Position numbers and translations under genes: made by a program. A DNA stretch of 32,000 bases from Candidatus Saccharimonadota bacterium (GTDB lineage: Bacteria > Bacteroidota > Bacteroidia > Flavobacteriales > Blattabacteriaceae), in contig NZ_CP104096.1 in NCBI RefSeq assembly GCF_033370915.1, forward strand, positions 50,873 to 82,872, in the 5' to 3' direction. Below are positions 25,554 to 32,000 of the stretch, piece after piece. Numbering within the stretch: position 1 is the stretch's first letter; every line of letters starts with the position of its first letter. The notes beneath the pieces were generated by a model. That model ran no database searches and was not told the origin of the DNA. It worked only from the letters and a program-made list of their open reading frames with translations.

Positions 25554-26780
25554 ATGAAAAAAATAGAATTATTATCTCCAGTAGGTAATTATGATAGTTT
25601 ATATGCAGCTATAGAATCAGGAGCTGATTCAATTTATTATGGGATAGAACAATTAAATATGAGAGCTAGTAAAATAAATTTTACTATAAAAGATATAAAA
25701 AAAATAAATGAAATATGTAAAAAAAAAAGAATAAAAAAATATTTAACATTAAATACTATAATATATGATCATGATATAAATATGGTAAAAAAAATATTAT
25801 ATGAAGCAAAAGAATATAATATAGATGCAATAATAGCAATGGATAGTTTTGTAATAAAATATTCTAACAAATTAAATTTACCAATTCATATTTCAACTCA
25901 ATTAAATATAACAAATTTTGAATCATTAAAATTTTATTCGAAATATTCAGATGTATTTGTATTAAGTAGAGAATTAAATTTGAATCAAATAAAATATATA
26001 ACAAATAAGATAAATTTATATAAGTTAAAAGGATTTTCAAAAAAAAAAATAAAAATAGAAATATTTTGTCATGGTTCTTTATGTATGGCAATTTCAGGAA
26101 AATGTTATTTAAGTTTACATACATATAATTCATCAGCAAATAGAGGTGTATGTAAACAAAATTGTAGAAGAAAATATTTAGTAAAAGATAAAGAATCAAA
26201 TATAGAATTGGAAGTAGACAATGAATATATAATGTCTTCTAAGGATTTGTGTACAATAAATTTTTTAGATAAAATTATTGATTCAGGTGTAAGTATATTA
26301 AAAATAGAAGGAAGAAATAAATCTCCAGAATATATAAGTAAATGTACTAAATATTATAAAGAAGCTATAAAATCTATATATAATAAAACTTATAATAAAG
26401 AAAAAATATTAACATGGATAAATGAATTAAAAAAAGTATATAATAGGGGTTTTTGGAGTGGATATTATTTAGGAGAAAAAATAGGACAATGGAATAATAG
26501 TTATGGGTCAAAAGCAATAAAAAAAAAAATGTTTATAGGAATAGTAAAAAAATATTATAATAAAAAAAAAATAATGGAAATTGAGGTAAAATCTAATAAT
26601 ATAAAAAAAAAAGATAAAATATTAATAATAGGAAATAATTTAGGAGTAAAAGAAATAGAAATAAAATTATTAAAAAATGAAAATAAAGAAATAAAAAATA
26701 AAATAAAAAAAGGAAAAATATGTACAACTTATGTACCTTTTAAAGTATTTAAAAATAATAAAATATATAAGATAATATAA
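25554..26780 (+). CDS. Peptidase U32 family protein (YegQ/TrhP or RlhA-like)
   Basis: 408 aa with ELLSPVGNYDSLYAAIESGADSIYYG and the Cys-rich core EIFCHGSLCMAISGKCYLSLHTYNSSANRGVCKQNCRRKY, typical of the U32 family. Confidence 0.85.
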   Translation: MKKIELLSPVGNYDSLYAAIESGADSIYYGIEQLNMRASKINFTIKDIKKINEICKKKRIKKYLTLNTIIYDHDINMVKKILYEAKEYNIDAIIAMDSFVIKYSNKLNLPIHISTQLNITNFESLKFYSKYSDVFVLSRELNLNQIKYITNKINLYKLKGFSKKKIKIEIFCHGSLCMAISGKCYLSLHTYNSSANRGVCKQNCRRKYLVKDKESNIELEVDNEYIMSSKDLCTINFLDKIIDSGVSILKIEGRNKSPEYISKCTKYYKEAIKSIYNKTYNKEKILTWINELKKVYNRGFWSGYYLGEKIGQWNNSYGSKAIKKKMFIGIVKKYYNKKKIMEIEVKSNNIKKKDKILIIGNNLGVKEIEIKLLKNENKEIKNKIKKGKICTTYVPFKVFKNNKIYKII

Positions 26781-26817
26781 AAATTAATAAATATTAATGT
26801 ATTTTAGTAGTAAAAAT

Positions 26818-28359
26818 TTAAGGATTTAAAAAAAATAATTTTTTAAAATAAAATATATTATTATTAATTTTAAAAAAATAAAAAAATCCTATTCTGTGAA
26901 ATTGATATATATTGTATAAATTTATATTATTAATAGATATATCGCCATATACGAAAATAGATTTTAATGAATTTTTATTAATAATTTTATTATTTTTAAA
27001 ATAAATATAATTATATAAAAGAATATTAATTTTAGTATTATATTTAGAAGATACCCATTGTATAGTACTTTTAATTTTATTATATTTTATTGTATTATTT
27101 TTATATATTTTACAATATATTTTTTTAATATTATTATTTTTTTTAACAATTTTAAAAATTTTAATAATATAAGAATATTTAAGTCTTACATAATTGTTAA
27201 ATGATAATCTTAAAAAATTTTTATCATATTTATATTTAAAATCGTTTTTTTCTATGTATATAGTTTTAGTAAAAGGAATAATTTTATATTTAGGATAATT
27301 ACAATGATTTTTAATATAAATCCATTCAATAGATTTTTTAGGAAAGTTAATAATTGTTAATTTAATAGGATTAAATATAACTAATAATTTAGGTGTTTTA
27401 TTAATTATTTTTTTTTTAATATATAATTCTAATAGTTTAATATTAATATTATTATTTCTTTTAGAATATCCTATAGATTTAATAAAATTAATAATATATT
27501 TAGAAGAATAACCTTTTTTTTTAAAAGCAGTAATAGTACATAATCTAGGATCACATAAATTATTAATTATTTTTTTATTTTTTAGAATATTAATTTGTCT
27601 TTTACTAGTAATAGTATTAGATAGATTTAATCTAGAAAATTCAATTTGTTTAGGTTTAATATAATTAAATTTTTTATTATAAATTTGATTAATAAACCAA
27701 TCATATAATGGTTTATGGTTTTGAAATTCTATAGAACATAAAGAATGTGAAATTTTTTCTATATAATCTGATTGTCCATGAGCCCAATCATAAGTTGGAT
27801 AAATACACCATTTATTTTTAGTAAATAAATGTTTTTTATATATTATTCTATACATAATAGGATCATTTAAATAATAATTAGTAGATTTATTATTGATTTT
27901 AGCTCTTAATATATAAGTATTTTCTTTATACTTACCAATTTTCATATTTTTAAAAATAAATAAACTTTTTTCAATATTATTAATATTATATATTTTATTA
28001 TTATATATTTTTTGTATATAAGCTTTTTGTTTAATAATTAATAGTTTAGCCCATTTATATAATAGATTAAAATAATTAGAGATATAAGTAATTTTAGTAT
28101 ATTTAAAACCTAACCATTTAATATTTTTAATAATTTGATTAATATATTTAATATTAATATTATTAGGATTAGTATCTTCAAATCTTAAATAAATTTTAGA
28201 ATTATAGAATTTAGCTAAAGTAAAATTAATATATAAAGATTTAATATGTCCTAAATGTAAAAAACCATTAGGTTCAGGGGGAAATCTAAATTTAATATTA
28301 TTAATAGATAAACCGTTATTAATATCATTATCAATAATATTAGTAATAAAATTATTCAT
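26818..28359 (-). CDS. glnS: Glutaminyl-tRNA synthetase
   Basis: 513 aa with FRFPPEPNGFLHLGHIKS (HIGH), YPTYDWAHGQSD and LSNTITSKR (MSK-type). The C-terminal anticodon-binding beta-barrels are recognisable by length. Confidence 0.9.
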   Translation of the reverse strand: MNNFITNIIDNDINNGLSINNIKFRFPPEPNGFLHLGHIKSLYINFTLAKFYNSKIYLRFEDTNPNNINIKYINQIIKNIKWLGFKYTKITYISNYFNLLYKWAKLLIIKQKAYIQKIYNNKIYNINNIEKSLFIFKNMKIGKYKENTYILRAKINNKSTNYYLNDPIMYRIIYKKHLFTKNKWCIYPTYDWAHGQSDYIEKISHSLCSIEFQNHKPLYDWFINQIYNKKFNYIKPKQIEFSRLNLSNTITSKRQINILKNKKIINNLCDPRLCTITAFKKKGYSSKYIINFIKSIGYSKRNNNINIKLLELYIKKKIINKTPKLLVIFNPIKLTIINFPKKSIEWIYIKNHCNYPKYKIIPFTKTIYIEKNDFKYKYDKNFLRLSFNNYVRLKYSYIIKIFKIVKKNNNIKKIYCKIYKNNTIKYNKIKSTIQWVSSKYNTKINILLYNYIYFKNNKIINKNSLKSIFVYGDISINNINLYNIYQFHRIGFFYFFKINNNIFYFKKLFFLNP

Positions 28360-29621
28360 TATTTATTGATATTAATAAAGTTAATTAAATAATGTTTTTT
28401 TTTACCTTTTTGAATAATTAAATATTTATTTTTTATTAAATTATTAAAATTAGTAATCAAATTATTATTTATTTTTAAACCATTAATTAAAAAAATACCA
28501 TTATTATTAATAAATTTTTTATATTCTGAATTAGAATTAAAAAAAATTTTATCTTTAATAAAATTAAAAATATATATATTTGTTTTTTTATTAAAAAAAT
28601 AATTATAAGTTTTAATATAATTTTTAATAATATTAATATATTTATTAATTAATTTTATATTAAATACTTTATTAAATAATATGTTTGATATAATTATTGA
28701 GTTTTTACAATTAGTTTTATTGTGTACCCATTTAGTAATTTCTTTAGCAATTTTTTTTTGTAATATTTTTTTTTCAGGATTTTTAGTATGATAAGAAATA
28801 AATTGTTTAATATATTTTTTTTTTAACAAAGAAAAATATTTAAAATATTTAATACTATTTTTGTCTGATAAATTAATAAAATATTGATAAAATTTATAAA
28901 CAGAAGTATATTTTTTATTTAACCAAATATTAGAATTATTATTTTTATTACTTTTACTAAATTTAATGTTATTATTATTTAATAATAAAGGAAATGTAAA
29001 ACCATGAACGTTTTTATTATATTTTTTTTTTATAATTTTTATTCCAGTTAATATATTACTCCATTGATCAGAACCACCAATTTGTAAATTACATTTATAT
29101 TTTTTATATAAATAATAATAATCATAACCTTGTAATAATTGATATAAAAAATTTGTAAGTTTAATATTATTATTATTTAATTTATTATAAATAATTTTTT
29201 TTTTTAACATAAAATTTAAATTAATATATTTACATATATTATTAAAAAATTTATATAAATAAAGTTTATTTAACCATTTATTATTATTAATAATTTTAAT
29301 ATTTTTAATTTTTAATAAGTTATATATTTGTTTTTTAATATTTTTAATATTATTTTTTATTAATTTTAATTTATTTTTATTTAAATTTATTTTAGCAGTA
29401 AATTCGCCTATTAATATAAAATTAAATTTATAAATTTTATAATAACGATAAATAATAGAAATAGGTAATAAATGACCAATATGTAAAGAATCATAAGTAG
29501 GATCAAAACCAATATATAAAATAATATTATTATTAATAAAGTATTTAGTAATATTATTAGTTTTATTAAATATTAAATTTCTCCATTTTAAATCTTTAAA
29601 AAATTTTATAATATTATTCAT
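28359..29621 (-). CDS. tyrS: Tyrosyl-tRNA synthetase
   Basis: 420 aa with GFDPTYDSLHIGHL (HIGH), QIGGSDQWSNI and KFSKS (KMSKS). Its stop shares one base with the glnS start (TAATG). Confidence 0.9.
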   Translation of the reverse strand: MNNIIKFFKDLKWRNLIFNKTNNITKYFINNNIILYIGFDPTYDSLHIGHLLPISIIYRYYKIYKFNFILIGEFTAKINLNKNKLKLIKNNIKNIKKQIYNLLKIKNIKIINNNKWLNKLYLYKFFNNICKYINLNFMLKKKIIYNKLNNNNIKLTNFLYQLLQGYDYYYLYKKYKCNLQIGGSDQWSNILTGIKIIKKKYNKNVHGFTFPLLLNNNNIKFSKSNKNNNSNIWLNKKYTSVYKFYQYFINLSDKNSIKYFKYFSLLKKKYIKQFISYHTKNPEKKILQKKIAKEITKWVHNKTNCKNSIIISNILFNKVFNIKLINKYINIIKNYIKTYNYFFNKKTNIYIFNFIKDKIFFNSNSEYKKFINNNGIFLINGLKINNNLITNFNNLIKNKYLIIQKGKKKHYLINFININK

Positions 29622-29637
29622 AACTATAATATAAAAA

Positions 29638-30678
29638 ATGATAAAAAAAATATTTAATAAAAAAAAGATAATAATAGGAATTGAAACATCTTTTGATGAT
29701 ACATCAGCATCAGTAATAAAAGGAAATAAAGTGTTATCAAATATTATAAAAGTACAAAAAATACATAATAAATATAATGGAGTAATTCCTAATATAGCCT
29801 CGAATATGCATTTAAAAAATATATATAAAGTAGTAAATAAAGCAATTAAAAATTCTAAAATTAAAAATAAAAAATTAATAAATGGAATAGCTTTTACATG
29901 TGGACCAGGGTTAATAAATAGTTTAATAATAGGAGAAAATTTTGCAAAATCAATGGCATTATCGTTAAATATTCCATTATTTGGAGTAAATCACATACAA
30001 GCTCATATATTATCAATATTTTTATATAAAAAAAATAATAAATATCCAAAATTTCCTTATATATGTTTAAGTATAAGTGGAGGACATACAAAATTATTTA
30101 TAGTAAAAGATTTTTTTAAAATTAAAATAAAAGGAAAAACATTAGATGATTCGTTAGGTGATTTAATAGATAAAATATCAAATAAATTAGGATTTAATTA
30201 TTGTAATGGAGCAGAAAAGTTAAATAAATATTGTAAAAATGGAAGAAAAAAATATAAATTTCCAATACCTAAAGTAAAAAAATATAATTTTAGTTTTAGT
30301 GGATTAAAAACATATTTATTTAATTTTATAAATAATAAAAAAAAAGAATATATAAAGAAAAATATAAATAATATATCAAAATCATTACATTATACAATTT
30401 ATAAAATATTAATAGAAAAAATAGAAAAATTAATAAAAAAAACAAAAATTAGAACATTATTAATATGTGGTGGGGTGTCTTGTAATACATATATAAGAAA
30501 AAAGATTAAAAAATATAGTAAAGAAAATAAAATCAAATTATTTTATTTAAAGAATAAAAAATATATAAGAGATAATGGAGCAATGATAGCATTGGTAGGA
30601 TATTTAAAAGATTATTATAAAATTTATGATGATTTTAATATAAAAAGTAATAGTAAATTAAAAATAGATAATTATTAA
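29638..30678 (+). CDS. tsaD: tRNA N6-adenosine threonylcarbamoyltransferase TsaD
   Basis: 346 aa with GIETSFDDTSASV, HIQAHI, SGGHT, GGVSCN and DNGAMIA. Confidence 0.92.
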   Translation: MIKKIFNKKKIIIGIETSFDDTSASVIKGNKVLSNIIKVQKIHNKYNGVIPNIASNMHLKNIYKVVNKAIKNSKIKNKKLINGIAFTCGPGLINSLIIGENFAKSMALSLNIPLFGVNHIQAHILSIFLYKKNNKYPKFPYICLSISGGHTKLFIVKDFFKIKIKGKTLDDSLGDLIDKISNKLGFNYCNGAEKLNKYCKNGRKKYKFPIPKVKKYNFSFSGLKTYLFNFINNKKKEYIKKNINNISKSLHYTIYKILIEKIEKLIKKTKIRTLLICGGVSCNTYIRKKIKKYSKENKIKLFYLKNKKYIRDNGAMIALVGYLKDYYKIYDDFNIKSNSKLKIDNY

Positions 30679-30723
30679 TAAAAAATATAAAAGGTAAATA
30701 AAAAAATAATATTGTAAAAAAAA

Positions 30724-31776
30724 TTATATTTTAACTAATAATAAATCACCGAAATAAAAAAAAGAATAATTATATTTAATAGCTTCATTATAAATATTAA
30801 TAATATTATTATAACCACAATAATCAGCTAAAATATGAAAATAATAAGTATTAGGATAATGAAAGTAAGTTAATAAATTATTTACTATAGTGTAATTATA
30901 AGGAATATCAATAAAATTATTAATTAAACCTTTAAATTTAATAATATTGAAAATATTAGATTTACATAATTCTATAGATAATAAAGTATTAATATCAATA
31001 GCACAAATTTTATATTTTTTTTTATAAGCATTATTAATAAGTTTAATGCAATTATAATTAATATTAAGAAAATCAGAATTAAGTTTATTAAAAAAATAAT
31101 AATTATTATAATTTAAAAGATTATATAAATTAATACCAAAATGATAAGTAATATCTAAAATTTTTACATGTTTATATTTTAATTTAATAAAAAAATATTT
31201 TGATAAATTAATACCAGAAGTAGGTAAAAATAATGAACCAACTTTTTTAGAGTAAAAATTTTGATAATAATTATAATTTTTATATGAATTAATAAAATTA
31301 AAATAATTAGGAAGTATTAGATGACCTATTTCATATAAAAGTTTAATAAAATCATTATAATTTATATCTAAAAATTTAATTATTCTACCTTTAGAAGAAG
31401 TATTATCTATAATTTTAGAAGAAAGAATTAATTGTTTATTATAAAAAAAATTAATTTGATTACCAATTCTAATTTTTCTAGCAGGGTAAATTAAAGTTTC
31501 CCAAATATTATTTGATTTATTAATGTTTTTTAATAATATTAAAGAAATTTTAGAAGAATTTTTATAACCTGTTAATTTACAAGGTAAGACTTTAGTATTA
31601 TTTCTTATTAATAAATCATTATGTTTAAAATATTTAAATAAAAAGTTAATTGTTTTATGATATATTTTATTTTTTTTTTTATCAAAAATCATTAGTCTAC
31701 AATTATCTTTTATAAGATAGGGAAAAGTGTTAATTAAATATTTTGGTATTTTAAAATATAAATTTTTTATTTTCAT
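30724..31776 (-). CDS. queA: S-adenosylmethionine:tRNA ribosyltransferase-isomerase QueA
   Basis: 350 aa. YFKIPKYLINTFPYLIKDNCRLMIFDKK...HNDLLIRNNTKVLPCKL matches the QueA N-terminus (F-LP-ELIAQ-P...R-SRLL...GDLLV-N-TKVIPARL). The remainder is divergent. Confidence 0.8.
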   Translation of the reverse strand: MKIKNLYFKIPKYLINTFPYLIKDNCRLMIFDKKKNKIYHKTINFLFKYFKHNDLLIRNNTKVLPCKLTGYKNSSKISLILLKNINKSNNIWETLIYPARKIRIGNQINFFYNKQLILSSKIIDNTSSKGRIIKFLDINYNDFIKLLYEIGHLILPNYFNFINSYKNYNYYQNFYSKKVGSLFLPTSGINLSKYFFIKLKYKHVKILDITYHFGINLYNLLNYNNYYFFNKLNSDFLNINYNCIKLINNAYKKKYKICAIDINTLLSIELCKSNIFNIIKFKGLINNFIDIPYNYTIVNNLLTYFHYPNTYYFHILADYCGYNNIINIYNEAIKYNYSFFYFGDLLLVKI

Positions 31777-31957
31777 TTGGATTTTAATTAAAAATTATTA
31801 TAATATTAATAAATATTTTATATTATATTATAATTAATTAAAAAAAATATATTTTTTTTTAATTAAAAGTAATATAATTTTGTTATTTGAAAAATAATAA
31901 AAATTTTAATATAATTTATTAGAAATAATATAATTTCTAATATTTATTATAAAGTTT

Positions 31958-32000
31958 AATTTAAAGAGTTTGATCCTGGCTCAGGATAAACGCTAGCGAT
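31958..32000 (+). rRNA. rrs: 16S rRNA, 5' end (partial, continues beyond the window)
   Basis: AGAGTTTGATCCTGGCTCAGGATAAACGCTAGCGAT starts at 31965 and covers the universal 8-27 region. The exact mature 5' end is uncertain by about 8 nt. Confidence 0.9.

Noticed and set aside
31875-31882. TAATTTTG matches the Bacteroidota -7 promoter consensus TAnnTTTG, about 80 nt upstream of 16S.
   Set aside because: No TTTG -33 element lies at the right distance. In about 90% A+T sequence such an 8-mer match is not distinguishable from chance without mapping the transcription start.
31919-31940. 8-bp hairpin TTAGAAAT-AATATA-ATTTCTAA in the 16S leader.
   Set aside because: It is short and almost all A/T. 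It could be part of a processing stem, but the 3' flank of the rRNA is outside the window, so this cannot be evaluated.

Overview
This is an extremely A+T-rich window (roughly 85-90% A+T by eye) with very dense genes, as expected for a highly reduced obligate endosymbiont genome. Several features point to a Bacteroidota (Flavobacteriales-like) lineage, which is an inference from memory, not a search. They are the 16S 5' end (AGAGTTTGATCCTGGCTCAGGATAAACGCTAGCG), a type-2 IleS (GPPSMNGKPGVHH), GlnRS, DUF2797- and DUF3276/PUR-like genes, and a tmRNA tag ending in NLAA. Almost all content is information-processing housekeeping. It includes aminoacyl-tRNA synthetases (ileS, serS, gltX, glnS, tyrS), translational GTPases (hflX, obg, der, infB, mnmE), RNA modification and processing genes (mnmG, ybeY, rluD, an RluB-type synthase, trmD, tsaD, queA, rng, a U32-family protein) and transcription factors (nusA, nusB, greA). 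It also holds one shikimate-pathway gene (aroQ), 9 tRNAs (all three CAU-anticodon species among them), tmRNA, RNase P RNA and the first ~40 nt of 16S rRNA. I found no mobile elements, CRISPR arrays, or toxin or defence genes. Five things are not explained by ordinary annotation. (1) A 66-nt island of 55% G+C at 19441-19506 has three GCTGCAGC palindromes at 12-nt spacing. It lies in frame after the TAG stop of an orphan repeat protein and just upstream of the RNase E/G-family gene. (2) A 157-nt insert made only of A and T (A runs up to 47), flanked by an 18-nt direct repeat, splits mnmE precisely. (3) A DUF2797-family gene is frameshifted inside an A12 run. (4) Two lysine-rich proteins carry perfect tandem repeats, and one is fused to a PUR-like nucleic-acid-binding domain. 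(5) tRNAs sit 5-9 nt upstream of CDS starts, including an ileS with no possible ATG start.
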